A stretch of DNA of 56,625 nucleotides, counting the filler, from Barthelona sp. PAP020 (taxonomy: Eukaryota), in NCBI GenBank assembly GCA_040182905.1. It is 3 parts of 3 records of this genome, joined end to end, with 100 filler letters (N's around TTAATTAATTAA, not from the genome) between each part and the next. Parts side by side here need not be neighbours in the genome. Positions count along the whole stretch, not along the records: positions 18,959 to 37,757 come from JARQWU010000220.1; 2 more parts are not named here. One strand, given 5' to 3'. Every line of letters starts with the position of its first letter. The first letter of the stretch is position 1. Shown in pieces: positions 23,501-33,495 of this stretch. The position numbers and the translations under genes were made by a program. The notes under the pieces were generated by a model, which did not search any database, was not told the DNA's origin, and saw nothing but the letters and a program-made list of their open reading frames with translations.

Positions 23501-26119
23501 TTCCTCAATTGTCAAATTGCTCATCAGTCTAAAAATACGCACCTGATTCTTCTGTCCAATACGATGAACTCTCGCCATAGCCTGCAAATCATTCTGGGGA
23601 TTAAAATCACTGTCAAACAAAACGACCGTGTTGGCCACTGTAAGGTTCAATCCCAATCCACCAGCCTTTGTCGAAATAAGCATTACATAACGTTCAGGAT
23701 CACTCACAAACCGATCAATGGACAACTTTCTTTCCATTGAACGCTTTCTGCCATCCAGACGCTCATATTGAATTTGTAGTTGAGCCAAAAACAGCTCTAG
23801 CATATCCAACGTGCCATAATTCTGAGAAAAGATCAAGATCTTCTCTGAATTTCGTTGACACTCGGCCAGCAAAAACTTTAAAAACTGCAGCTTTCCAGAT
23901 CCATCAACAAGCGAACTGCTGTCGCCGCTAAAATACTCCTCTTCTCCCAACAAATATGGATGATTGCATATCCGCCTCAAAGAAGATACTATATACATAA
24001 AATTGGAACCGCTGAAATCAACCGGTTGATTGGCACCAACATTTTCAAATTTCGTTGCAATTTCAGCAAAATGCTTGGACAAAAAGGACTTGTACACCTG
24101 AGACTGCTGATCTGTCAGGGGAATTCGCACTAAATACTCGGATTTTGTTGGTAACGTCTTTTCAACCTGAATCTTCAGTCTTCTCAACATGTAGGCATCA
24201 AGAACTTTCGCCAAATTCTTTTGACGTCTGCTAATTTCAGAGGCGCTCAGCTCTTCGTCTTCATAAACATATGTTGGGTCATTTTTGGCCAAGAACTTAT
24301 CTAAATCCTTGAACTTTCCAGGAGCCAAAAAGAAAAGCAAATTGTACAATTCAATCAAATTGTTTTGAATGGGTGTTCCGGTCAGTAGAAGGGTATATAT
24401 TCTGTCGAAACCAAAGAGGTTGTTATAAATTTTTGTCTCTGAATTCTTCAATTTGTGGGCTTCATCGCATATCATGATGCTGTACTCCAGCTCACTCAAA
24501 GAATCGTATTCGGTTTGAATTGTGTCATAACTAGTAATCAGGACGTCAAACTTACTTTGTTTGAGCAAAGTTCGTCGAAGATAATACTGTTGATGCTGCC
24601 AATTGCTCTTCACGTCTTCTGTTGCGTACAACAGGTCTAGTTCCAGATTGTCCATCATACGATTGACAAACGGCTCATAATAGTTGAATTCCTTCGCCTT
24701 CAAGATATCTCTTCCGGTTTGGTTCCCATGAAACACAATCACGTTCAATTCAGGAGCCCAGACCTTGAATTCTTCCAACCAATTGGTCAGCAAAGATAGT
24801 GGGACAACAACTAAAATAGGCGCCATGGTGTCCTCAAGCTGTTGAAAGTGTTTTCTGAGGATGTTCAGAAAACAAATTGTTTGAACAGTTTTGCCCAAAC
24901 CCATTTCGTCGCCCAAAATGCACGGTTTGTTTGCAAAGAAATTACTCAACATCCAATTTATTCCGGTCCATTGATAGTCTCGGGGATAGTTTCCGTTGAA
25001 TTCCTCATCTGTGACTTCCTTGAATTTACCTTCTTGAAACACATAAGAATCGATAGGTTTGGGCATTTGAGCCAATCGATCCATGAAACCCAACGGCAGT
25101 TTGGGCTTGGAACGCTCGTAAAAGTCGTGAATTAACTGAACATCCTCAATCATATCGATATCTTCCCATGTGCACTGTTCATACGGCAACGACGTCCATT
25201 TGACCAGAAACTGCTTTCCATCAATGTCATCGTCCAATAATTTGGTAATATCAGCCATCTGCGCATCCTTAATTTCATCAGGAAGACCATTCAAAATATT
25301 TGCAGGCAAGAACGAATCTTCATTCATGTCAATTGTTTCCAGATTTTCTGAAAACGCAGGTAAACCAAAGTTGGTTCTTGGTGGTGGCGTTATGGCGGTC
25401 TTCTTCAGTCTCACGTCAATGATCTTTTCGGGTTGAACAAAATCGCTGTTTAAAAATTCACTAATGTTGTCAAAATTCTCGAAAAACACTTCAAATGAGA
25501 TTGAGTAGCTTTCAGTACCATGTAAATAGCGTCGAATTCTGGTATTAATCGACGGAATGTCCATGATTGCAAATTGACTCACCCAGCAACAATGCATGTA
25601 ACTTTTACCAACCCATTTGACCAAGAACAGAGGCAAAGATTTGTCATTAACATTGCTTTCATAATTTGTGTTATACTTCATGTTTATTTGATGTATTTGG
25701 TCATTGGTAAGAAATGTATGTGCAATAAACGTTTCAACTTTCGGTCCAGTATACACAGGAGCCTCTCTAACGGGTCTTTGCAAATCCAACGAATCAAAGA
25801 ACTCATCATCAGAGCTGTACTCCTCATGATCATGATACATATCATTGTTTCGCCTGGATCTGGATCGAGACTCCTTCAAACGATTGGATCTGGAAACTCT
25901 AAACTCATCCTCAGAATCCCACTCATCAATGTCGAATTCATCTTCAGATTCAGAATACAAATCATTGTTCTTGGGTTGCTTTGATCCAGTTGTTGCATTA
26001 CGTTTTTTAGAATCATCATCTTTGTGATATCCAATTACATCATCCAAATCATCATACAAATCGCCAACATATTCATGAGGATCCTTTTCACGAAGATTCT
26101 TTCTTCTTAAGGAAACCAT
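20540..26119 (-). CDS. CHD-family chromodomain-helicase chromatin remodeller
   Basis: Two chromodomains (FLVKWVGKSYMHCCW; FLVKWTSLPYEQCTWE), SNF2 ATPase (GDEMGLGKT, DEAH, TGTPIQNN, STKAGGLGLNL, QAMARVHRIGQ) and SANT/SLIDE-like C-terminal segments. Confidence 0.93.
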   Translation of the reverse strand: MVSLRRKNLREKDPHEYVGDLYDDLDDVIGYHKDDDSKKRNATTGSKQPKNNDLYSESEDEFDIDEWDSEDEFRVSRSNRLKESRSRSRRNNDMYHDHEEYSSDDEFFDSLDLQRPVREAPVYTGPKVETFIAHTFLTNDQIHQINMKYNTNYESNVNDKSLPLFLVKWVGKSYMHCCWVSQFAIMDIPSINTRIRRYLHGTESYSISFEVFFENFDNISEFLNSDFVQPEKIIDVRLKKTAITPPPRTNFGLPAFSENLETIDMNEDSFLPANILNGLPDEIKDAQMADITKLLDDDIDGKQFLVKWTSLPYEQCTWEDIDMIEDVQLIHDFYERSKPKLPLGFMDRLAQMPKPIDSYVFQEGKFKEVTDEEFNGNYPRDYQWTGINWMLSNFFANKPCILGDEMGLGKTVQTICFLNILRKHFQQLEDTMAPILVVVPLSLLTNWLEEFKVWAPELNVIVFHGNQTGRDILKAKEFNYYEPFVNRMMDNLELDLLYATEDVKSNWQHQQYYLRRTLLKQSKFDVLITSYDTIQTEYDSLSELEYSIMICDEAHKLKNSETKIYNNLFGFDRIYTLLLTGTPIQNNLIELYNLLFFLAPGKFKDLDKFLAKNDPTYVYEDEELSASEISRRQKNLAKVLDAYMLRRLKIQVEKTLPTKSEYLVRIPLTDQQSQVYKSFLSKHFAEIATKFENVGANQPVDFSGSNFMYIVSSLRRICNHPYLLGEEEYFSGDSSSLVDGSGKLQFLKFLLAECQRNSEKILIFSQNYGTLDMLELFLAQLQIQYERLDGRKRSMERKLSIDRFVSDPERYVMLISTKAGGLGLNLTVANTVVLFDSDFNPQNDLQAMARVHRIGQKNQVRIFRLMSNLTIEEQLIRRSLTKLELEKDLASGENKQFNQKELAETGLDLLIKYGILCLTDESNEFGNSSGIFEQFNNEAVFNDFILNQEQVIYRSGSVERLNYQTYENNFVRLLAKVRARWKNAENTAANGIKSETANSLDVDGLDVESMDVKDVKQEIVPKEETDEAKADEAKANEAENVKVEDDENAVEDEKDLAQVLDSWNSEELWKLEFEKEYKDFMSGGRLSHMKKMYRLREKRHEDHFFVSLEAEEVVDRRSESRMERNRRKKEKEKEARMLKEKAKDARLGLVDLETTDVDNWFKVGARMRKKEDIHQHYILKELRKLQLQVRGQSKTERKLHSKRKRISHVKEGEGSTDEEAQNVQNENGWTSPKRDLFFKNLLMFGERFSEFKASFLENLDLNDIKVVCDNIKALMEYYDLFDSQKEKAKEETTQEPIEKTDEKEKEEAKNEEIIVKPKKTRPRLADEVLSDSSFLRKLRVGSKAYSLRIKHLNSLNKHIRASAKQYCDQTMSNDEIIKVLIERLELPYPFDDKYVKSLDKKTSKMIPGGPFDDENGSNGWTYDCDKRLLVGIFNYGYDHYEEILYSEILGFDQNMLAANEEKLYKLFCERRSKYQEKLAESLASSGSADVKKDAIANLQKFEKYINGLTNNQQSEDELKLAAKARLYEEVHSRALSLLSALYLTEERMTDAKEMKNWTENHISTLIDYIGEFGFQKNTIKHYPVIPPFEQPTFDWNKCNLNFPTFELEHAYALLLNVSEIHRQIKEQEKRKILIVQLPKILQKTAFIHSLNEAIRFSKAIALSRLVFSEQLSQLSHTFWRRVSIQFSDNSVNYNLPKWWSPAMISDKVPMKLVAESDIRLISQFHNCPAIADWALFAAVAKYGLPTTIKIAEQYIQDPTLPFYYIINRVRKGKSISEQCLHQDVAVYAQEIKNIQITARISAIVKSFTKFHQFEMNVGIIPACFKSIIKSKKKKVKKNSKSDQKAPPSKESQPKKKEPQ

Positions 26120-26274
26120 GATTGAATGAAAAAATTATTACTTTTGAAAATAATGAATTTTTCATTTAAATTGAGGTCTATTTTCTTTGTTTACCAAACA
26201 GTACCCCAAAAATAGCAAAAAACAACAAAAAAATATTTATACCGAAAAATAATCTAAATTAACAAATACAATGA

Positions 26275-27258
26275 TTAAACCAAACGTCGCTGTTCAATAA
26301 TAACCTCTTTTGACGGTGTGTACGCATCCAGTGTCAAAGAGTACTTCATTTCTTCTTTGGTTTCATCTCCAACATAACCTTTCTTGTGATTTCTGTATGA
26401 TTGATAGAATATCTCAACAGTCCAGTCGTTTGGGATGATAAGTTGCCCACCAACAGCCTCAACATCAAAATATCCAACCCACTTTTCATCGACAACAATA
26501 TTTGCGTCCGCAATTTCCGTCTTGATGAGCGCTGAACCGTTGACCAATCCCAAAGTGAGGTCGTCATAGTAAAAAGTGAATAAATAGTTGTATTCGGCAC
26601 CAACAACTGTTTCAGCAGCCAGTTTGTCAATGACTGATGCAATGCCAACAACAATGAAATAGTCAACTTTCAAGAACGCCGCCTTCAGATAACCATCCGA
26701 ATTTCCCCCAGTTGCAGTGATATTGATGAAAGGAAAATATTTGACTGACGATGTCATGTCACCAAGGTCAATTCCTGCAAAACCCTGTGAAGAATCCAGC
26801 CATGGGATGTTATAGAAGGGAACGGATTCATCATCCACAACGACTGTTTCAATTCGCAGCCGAGGCAGTTTCACTGGATTTGGAGGAAATGACAAAAACA
26901 CTTCCAGCCGCAAGCAGGGTCTATCGCTTTCAAGTTCAACCGGAGATGCAATTGTAACAATCCCATCCTTGATTTCAAAGAGCTTAAGATTGTCCCCCGA
27001 CGGCATCTTTGCAGATGTCATTTGAACGGCATACAAAAACGAAGACGGATCGTCATATGTGTGTTCAATGTGCACAACAACTCTTTGTCCATCAATAAAA
27101 ATCTCATCAACATTAACCAATTTTTCAACACCTTTTCCGGCAGTAAAAACATAATTGTTGCACATGGGAACCGAATGAGACACGTTGTTTGCGAAAATAA
27201 CAAATATAACAGTGACAATGGAAAGAACCACCACGTAAATTGCTTTTGACGAACTCAT
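26275..27258 (-). CDS. Hypothetical secreted or type II membrane protein, beta-rich
   Basis: N-terminal hydrophobic stretch (IYVVVLSIVTVIFVIFA) followed by a beta-strand-like ectodomain; no family recognised. Confidence 0.65.
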   Translation of the reverse strand: MSSSKAIYVVVLSIVTVIFVIFANNVSHSVPMCNNYVFTAGKGVEKLVNVDEIFIDGQRVVVHIEHTYDDPSSFLYAVQMTSAKMPSGDNLKLFEIKDGIVTIASPVELESDRPCLRLEVFLSFPPNPVKLPRLRIETVVVDDESVPFYNIPWLDSSQGFAGIDLGDMTSSVKYFPFINITATGGNSDGYLKAAFLKVDYFIVVGIASVIDKLAAETVVGAEYNYLFTFYYDDLTLGLVNGSALIKTEIADANIVVDEKWVGYFDVEAVGGQLIIPNDWTVEIFYQSYRNHKKGYVGDETKEEMKYSLTLDAYTPSKEVIIEQRRLV

Positions 27259-27397
27259 AGCATCAATGTATCATAATATCAAAGTGTTGACAAACAATAA
27301 ATTGAAAATATGAAAAAAGAACAACAAACAAGTGAAACTGTAAATGTGGAATCTCTTTTTTTTTGTTCTGTTGTTTTATTAATCACAAGATTTATCG

Positions 27398-28633
27398 ATG
27401 GATATACCTTCTGAATATCTGAATGGATCTGTAGAAAGTTTATTAACATATACTTCTTTGGTTGAATCTGAAAATGCATATTTTGCCAGTGAAAATCGTA
27501 TTCTTCAAGACCGTATAAGAGAATTTACTGACGGAATTGCGCGAAACGAAAAGAATTTAAAACGTCACAAGCAGTTACCTTTTTTGGTGGCTACAGTTGC
27601 TGAGGTTGTTGATTTAGAAGTTCAAGGTGAGGAATTGGGCTCCACTGAAGTGAAGGAAGGCAAGAGTTCTCGTGGTGTTATTGTAAAGACATCTTCACGT
27701 CAGACTATCTTCCTGCCAAACCCTGGTTTAGTTCCTGCCAATGAATTGAGACCAAATGATCTGGTTGCATGCAACAGAGACTCGTATTTGATCTATCAAA
27801 AAATGCCAACTGAATTTGATACCCGTGTAAAAGCAATGCAACTGGATTCTAAGCCCTCAGAAACCTACGCTGATATTGGTGGTTTAGACAATCAAATTGA
27901 AGAGCTTATCGGTGCGATAGTTTTGCCCCTGCAAAGACCTGATTTGTTTGAATCTGTCGGTATTTCACCCCCAAAGGGTGTTTTATTGTACGGTCCTCCT
28001 GGAACCGGTAAAACTCTTCTTGCCAGAGCATGTGCAGCTCAAGTTGAGGCCACTTTCCTGAAATTGGCTGGTCCACAACTAGTTCAAATGTATATTGGGG
28101 AAGGAGCAATGCTTGTTCGTGAAGCCTTTGCTTTGGCCAAAGAAAAGAATCCTGCTATTATTTTTATAGATGAACTCGACGCAGTTGGTGCAAAGAGGTC
28201 CTCTGGTGAACGTGGTGGATCCGAAGAGGTACACAGAACCATGCTTGAACTTTTGAATCAATTGGATGGTTTTTCGTCCGCTGAAGGTGTGAAAGTCATT
28301 GCCGCCACAAATCGTGTTGATATATTGGATCCCGCTTTGTTAAGATCCGGACGTTTGGACCGCAAAATTGAACTGCCAAATCCAAATGAAGAGGCCAGAG
28401 TGCACATTTTGAAAATTCATTCACGCAAGATGAAAGTCGATTCAGAAGTCAATTTTGCAGAGTTGGGCGCCGTTTGTGTAGATTTCAATGGCGCTCAATT
28501 AAAAGCCGTGTGTGTTGAAGCTGGTATGAATGCATTGAGGAGAGAAGCATTGATGATTGATCAACAAGATTTCATTGAAGGTATTGCAGCAGTTCAAAGC
28601 AAGAAAAAACAAGAGTTGGATTACTTCCAATGA
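27398..28633 (+). CDS. PSMC3: 26S proteasome AAA-ATPase Rpt5 (regulatory subunit 6A)
   Basis: [50 protein letters not shown] and [10 protein letters not shown]; the AGPQLVQM motif is Rpt5-specific. Confidence 0.95.
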   Translation: MDIPSEYLNGSVESLLTYTSLVESENAYFASENRILQDRIREFTDGIARNEKNLKRHKQLPFLVATVAEVVDLEVQGEELGSTEVKEGKSSRGVIVKTSSRQTIFLPNPGLVPANELRPNDLVACNRDSYLIYQKMPTEFDTRVKAMQLDSKPSETYADIGGLDNQIEELIGAIVLPLQRPDLFESVGISPPKGVLLYGPPGTGKTLLARACAAQVEATFLKLAGPQLVQMYIGEGAMLVREAFALAKEKNPAIIFIDELDAVGAKRSSGERGGSEEVHRTMLELLNQLDGFSSAEGVKVIAATNRVDILDPALLRSGRLDRKIELPNPNEEARVHILKIHSRKMKVDSEVNFAELGAVCVDFNGAQLKAVCVEAGMNALRREALMIDQQDFIEGIAAVQSKKKQELDYFQ

Positions 28634-29221
28634 TTGTTTGGAGGATTTAAAATATTCATCTTGAAATTTTAAGTTAATTTTCACTTGCATTTTTCAATCC
28701 TCACAAAATGTTTGTTCTTTTTTTTGTGAAATTGTTTCCTTTTTTAAGTTTTTTTTTGTGCTATTTTTGTAAATATCTTTTTATTTTATTTTATTTTTCT
28801 ACAATAAAAAGTAAGGGAGAAGTTTATTTTGGCAAATCAAAAACAAAAGTTTCCAAGTTTCTAAAAGATTATGAGTTTTCATTTTTAAATTAACAGATAA
28901 GAAAAAGAATGTGGAACATTCATTATTGTTTGTGGCATAGTTTGAGAAAAAACAGTCCCCCAAAAAAAAAAATACATTATTCTAAAAAGTTCAAAGGTAT
29001 TTATGTTATTAAAGGAGTAAATAGAAAATGTACAACTTCTTAACGGTACAGCAAAAAATGTTTTTGTTCACTAATAATAAGAACAGAAACTTTTTAATAT
29101 ATATGAGTACATGGTCTATACCAAATAAATATAATTGTATCATAGAAACAGTTTGAAGAACTCCAAACTCAAAAAAACGAAAAAAAAGAAGAAAAAGGAG
29201 GGAAATTATTTGCATTTGTAA

Positions 29222-32200
29222 TCACCACAAGCGATTTGGATCAACGGCTTTGCCAACGATTCCAATTCCCAGATCAGGTTCAACTTTATCACCTTCATTA
29301 AAATGAGAATGTTTTGAATGTTTCTTTCTGACATCCCTTTCATCATTATTAACATTTCCAAAATTTTTTGAAATTTTTGCTTTGACAGCTTTTAAACCTC
29401 TAGCTTTCCGAATACCTTTCTGATTTAACTGATTAGTATTCTTTGAATTCTTGCTTTGAATTGGGTCTTTACTATTCAAATGCTTTGCTTTGAAAACTTT
29501 CAAATGATTGGAAATTTCGCTATCAGTACGTACCAATCTGTTACCTTCAGAAAAATCGGATTCACTATCATTCTTTCCATCATCTGCTAATTGATGCTTG
29601 GAAAAAGGATTTGCCCTTTTAAATTTGTCGGAACGTCTTTGTTTTGGACCATTTTTTTTTTTAGCTCTGTCATTTTGATTCTTTTTCAACAAATTCCAAC
29701 TCTCTTTGCTCATTTGACGCTTCATATGATTATTGAATAACTTATCAGGAGTTGAATCAGGGTCTGAATCAGTATTAACTTTTAAAGATGGTCTTTTGAC
29801 GTTTGTTGAATTAATATTTAAGTTGACATTGCCTTCTCGTTTAATTCTGGCTTGTTTAGAAGGTTTTATTGGTTTGGAAATTTGGTTTGATTTGCTAGGG
29901 TTAATTGGCCTTGATATGGTAGAATGTTTGGGTGTAGTATCAATAGGCTTCAAAGGTTTTTTAATATCAACATTCTTTGAAACTTTCATTCGAGCAATAT
30001 TTGAAACATTTGGAGAATCATTGTTATTTAAAGTGTGTGTATTTCTTTGTTCTTCTGCAAGTTTTAGGGAATCATCCAATGAAGAAACATTCAATCTGGG
30101 AGTAATAAAGGAATCATCAAGTTCAATCTCATTCAAAGAACCAGATGCATTATCAATCGAAACTTTTGATTCATTCGTGATGTTAGGAATTGCTCTTTCA
30201 ATACCATGTTTTTCAGACCAAACCTGTTGATTCATTTCAACTAAAGCTTCCAATCTATCCAAAGCACTTTGTAATTGATTATTTGATTTTGGTTGTGTGT
30301 TAGAAGAAGGCAAATCATAATGTTTGGCTTGTGCTGAATTCAAGAGACGTGGTATTGGTTCAGTCTTTGTATTTAAATCAAAGTTGTTATTAAAATCCCT
30401 GCTATTATTTAAATATTCTTCTTTTTTTTCTTTAGGAGAAGGATTTCTTGGTGTTAAATCGATCATACTTTTAGAAATCAATGAACTTTTCGTAATTTTA
30501 GGAAATTTAACATCATCATTTGTTTTTATAACAGTGCTTTGACTACTCTTTAATTTCTTTTCAATTATTGATTCATCAGAGGCAGTAATAAAATGACTTA
30601 CAGGAACTGGCATTTTAGTAGGTGAATGAGTGCTTTTTGGTTTCTTTGAAAAAGATTCAGGTGGTTGAGGAACATTAATATTGTTATTTTGCAACAATTC
30701 AATCAACGATTGAACATACGAATTCATCGCTTTTCTTCCACTTTCAGACGGTTGTGAGGCATTAATTGGTTGTTGTTGTTGATAAGGAGAAGTTTGCTTT
30801 TGATTCGCTTTTAAATTAGCAACCTCCTTTACCAAACAATCAACTTGTTTCTTCAGTGAATTAATTTGATTTACATAGCGAGAAATATTCTTTGAATCAG
30901 TGATAGACTTTTGATAGGTTGAAGGAACAAAATTGATGGAAATATTCTTCTTTATAGAAGATGCCCTAATAGCGTAGTTAAGTGTATTATGTGTTTCTTC
31001 AAAGGACGTTAATGCGGGTGATATGCATGAAATCATAACTGATTTTACATTTCCAATTAAAGAAGATTTCAAAAGCCTGGTCAATTTGCTATCTCGAAAA
31101 GGGATATGTATATTTCCTTGTTCTGTCTCTTTCTTCAATAAAGCATTGATACAATTTCCTAAAGTTAATAAAGAACGATTAATGGCAGCACCTTCCTGTA
31201 ATCTTTGTCCTCTATTTGATGTTCCTTGAGCTCTTTCACTTCCAGCTAAATCAACAAAGCATAACTTTCCAACAAACTCATCACTAGCAACGCTAACTTC
31301 AAAAATTGCATGAGATCGACTTGAAGTTTCATTTGCTCCAGTTGATTTTGTGATACGCAAACGTAATCCTCGCTGAAAAGTTAATAATGCTTCACCAAAT
31401 GATTTGGCAGGAATTTCAGTTGCGTTATTAACAATGACCTCTCCAACATGATCTGTACGCACACTTAATTCATGATCAGGATTGTCGCTTAATAAATCAT
31501 GAACCTTTTCATTATACAACTCCAAAAATCTACATTGAATGTGATGGGAAGGTTTAACACTGTGATAAAGCTCTCTCAAAGCTTTAGGTGCCAAACCTTC
31601 ATAATCACCACTACCTAACAATGTGTGCGTTTTTCCACTGCCTGTGGCACCATAAGCAAAAATAGTAACTGCTATTCCTTTTAAAACATCACCAATTAAA
31701 GGACGAACAAGCGTTTTGAAAACAATATCTGTTGAAACATTAGTATCGAATACATTTTTATAAGGAAATTCTCGTACTTTCCTTCTTCGTTGTCTGAACT
31801 GATTTGCTTGATCAGGATCAACAAGCACAACTGAATTTTTTTCCACATACAATGTTTCTTTTGAAAAATTCCTTTCTTTTTCATTCATTGGACGAACACG
31901 AACAGCAACAGTGATTGCAGAAGAAGATGGAAGAATAGAATTTTCATCATTTTCATCAATGATTGGTGGTAACATTTCAGAATTTTGATTTTCTTTCTCG
32001 GTTTTTTCAAATGTTAAATTTATATCGTCCAACCCACTCAAGGGTGTTGGTGGGGCAGAACGAATGACTTTTTCATTGATATCGGTAGTTTCAATATCTT
32101 CCGTGATATCTATAGATATCAAATCTGATATTGGAGGTAGTGAACCTCTCCTGTTTAAAAAAGGACCAACATTATCCTTTTCATGTAATTTCTTAATGTT

Positions 32201-32287
32201 CAATAAAGAATCTCTTGCAGAATTAGTTAAATGATCAGATAATTTGAATGATTTAATGGTAGTATCCGTCTGTATTTGTAAATTCAT
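29222..32287 (-). CDS. Kinesin motor protein, probably kinesin-8 (KIF18/19-like)
   Basis: VAVRVRP, FAYGATGSGKTHT, NETSSRSHA, DLAGSERA...NRGQRLQEGAAINRSLL.LGNCINAL, HIPFRDSKLTRLLK and EETHNTL.YA motifs. First ATG at 32287. Confidence 0.9.
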   Translation of the reverse strand: MNLQIQTDTTIKSFKLSDHLTNSARDSLLNIKKLHEKDNVGPFLNRRGSLPPISDLISIDITEDIETTDINEKVIRSAPPTPLSGLDDINLTFEKTEKENQNSEMLPPIIDENDENSILPSSSAITVAVRVRPMNEKERNFSKETLYVEKNSVVLVDPDQANQFRQRRRKVREFPYKNVFDTNVSTDIVFKTLVRPLIGDVLKGIAVTIFAYGATGSGKTHTLLGSGDYEGLAPKALRELYHSVKPSHHIQCRFLELYNEKVHDLLSDNPDHELSVRTDHVGEVIVNNATEIPAKSFGEALLTFQRGLRLRITKSTGANETSSRSHAIFEVSVASDEFVGKLCFVDLAGSERAQGTSNRGQRLQEGAAINRSLLTLGNCINALLKKETEQGNIHIPFRDSKLTRLLKSSLIGNVKSVMISCISPALTSFEETHNTLNYAIRASSIKKNISINFVPSTYQKSITDSKNISRYVNQINSLKKQVDCLVKEVANLKANQKQTSPYQQQQPINASQPSESGRKAMNSYVQSLIELLQNNNINVPQPPESFSKKPKSTHSPTKMPVPVSHFITASDESIIEKKLKSSQSTVIKTNDDVKFPKITKSSLISKSMIDLTPRNPSPKEKKEEYLNNSRDFNNNFDLNTKTEPIPRLLNSAQAKHYDLPSSNTQPKSNNQLQSALDRLEALVEMNQQVWSEKHGIERAIPNITNESKVSIDNASGSLNEIELDDSFITPRLNVSSLDDSLKLAEEQRNTHTLNNNDSPNVSNIARMKVSKNVDIKKPLKPIDTTPKHSTISRPINPSKSNQISKPIKPSKQARIKREGNVNLNINSTNVKRPSLKVNTDSDPDSTPDKLFNNHMKRQMSKESWNLLKKNQNDRAKKKNGPKQRRSDKFKRANPFSKHQLADDGKNDSESDFSEGNRLVRTDSEISNHLKVFKAKHLNSKDPIQSKNSKNTNQLNQKGIRKARGLKAVKAKISKNFGNVNNDERDVRKKHSKHSHFNEGDKVEPDLGIGIVGKAVDPNRLW

Positions 32288-32500
32288 ATTTCTCTCCAAT
32301 AAATTCGATTCTTTAATTTTTTCTCTCTTGGTTAATAAATTATGCTAAAATATATGCGACGATATGAATGTCTATAAGTAGAACATCAAAAAAATTCAAA
32401 AAAAAAATTTTTTTGTTTTCCCTTTCCCAAAATAACTTTCATTTCTTTCAAGTAATATTGAAAAAAAAATCAAGGATTTATTTAATATTTACACATACAA

Positions 32501-33262
32501 TTAAACTTGCATTGAATCAGGTGACATTTTTCTGGGTAAGGGAATAATTGTGTTCAACAAAGGCATAGAAATAGAATTCGTTGACAACCATTCTTCACAA
32601 TATTCAATTTGTTTACATATGGCTTCCAAAGCTGTCATGGGAAACTTTTTAAATTTTTTCAATATCTTCACGTTGACATCATCCAATAATTTTTGTAAAT
32701 AATCGTTAGATATTAAGATTTTTAAATCATCAGGCAAATCATTAAAGTCTTCATAAGCAAATAAAGCCATTGTTTTGTCAAACAACTCAGTAATCCAAGG
32801 CCCCAAATGATCATGGGCACAAACTAATTCTGCTAACTCAGTTTGGACAAAAAGCAAAGCTTCAGTAACTTTCGAATCCTTCAATAATTCAATCATATGT
32901 TGAAGTTGTATACGAAAATGTAACTGATAATCCTCGTCTAGAATAGAAGGATCTAACTCATTTAAACACGATCTAGCAGATAAAATATCCCTATTTTCAA
33001 AATGATTTCGAAATTGACTTTGATAATTTAAGTAATCTGCGTCAATCGTTTCCATTTGACATTCTTCCGCCATTGTTTCTGCAATTTCCACAAATCCATG
33101 CCTATAAAGAAAATCCAAAACCAACTGATCTGATTCTAAATCAGATATGGAAATCATTTTCATTGCATTTTCACAATCATTAACTATTTCTGAATATTTG
33201 TTATATTTTGCTCTCACCGCACTTACACAATCATGAAACCGATTATGACTATTCGTATCCAT
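32501..33262 (-). CDS. LisH/CTLH/CRA protein (GID8/Twa1-like subunit of the CTLH E3 ligase)
   Basis: LisH LVLDFLYRHGFVEIAETMAEE; CTLH LNELDPSILD..LHFRIQLQHMIELL; CRA TMALFAY. Confidence 0.82.
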   Translation of the reverse strand: MDTNSHNRFHDCVSAVRAKYNKYSEIVNDCENAMKMISISDLESDQLVLDFLYRHGFVEIAETMAEECQMETIDADYLNYQSQFRNHFENRDILSARSCLNELDPSILDEDYQLHFRIQLQHMIELLKDSKVTEALLFVQTELAELVCAHDHLGPWITELFDKTMALFAYEDFNDLPDDLKILISNDYLQKLLDDVNVKILKKFKKFPMTALEAICKQIEYCEEWLSTNSISMPLLNTIIPLPRKMSPDSMQV

Positions 33263-33495
33263 GTAAATAAAAGGAAAAAAATTTCTACAATGTCTTTTAC
33301 AGTGATTTCAAACTTATTCTGATGAAACCTATTTCCACAAAAAATTCTTCCACAAAAAACACTCTTTACCATTATAAGCGAAAAGAAAAGAAATCTGACT
33401 GGAAAATTTCCTTTTGAGAAAAAGAAAAATGAAACAAGAATTCATATTTACAACTCAAAATTTTCAATGTGATCAAAAACAATAATAATATCAAT

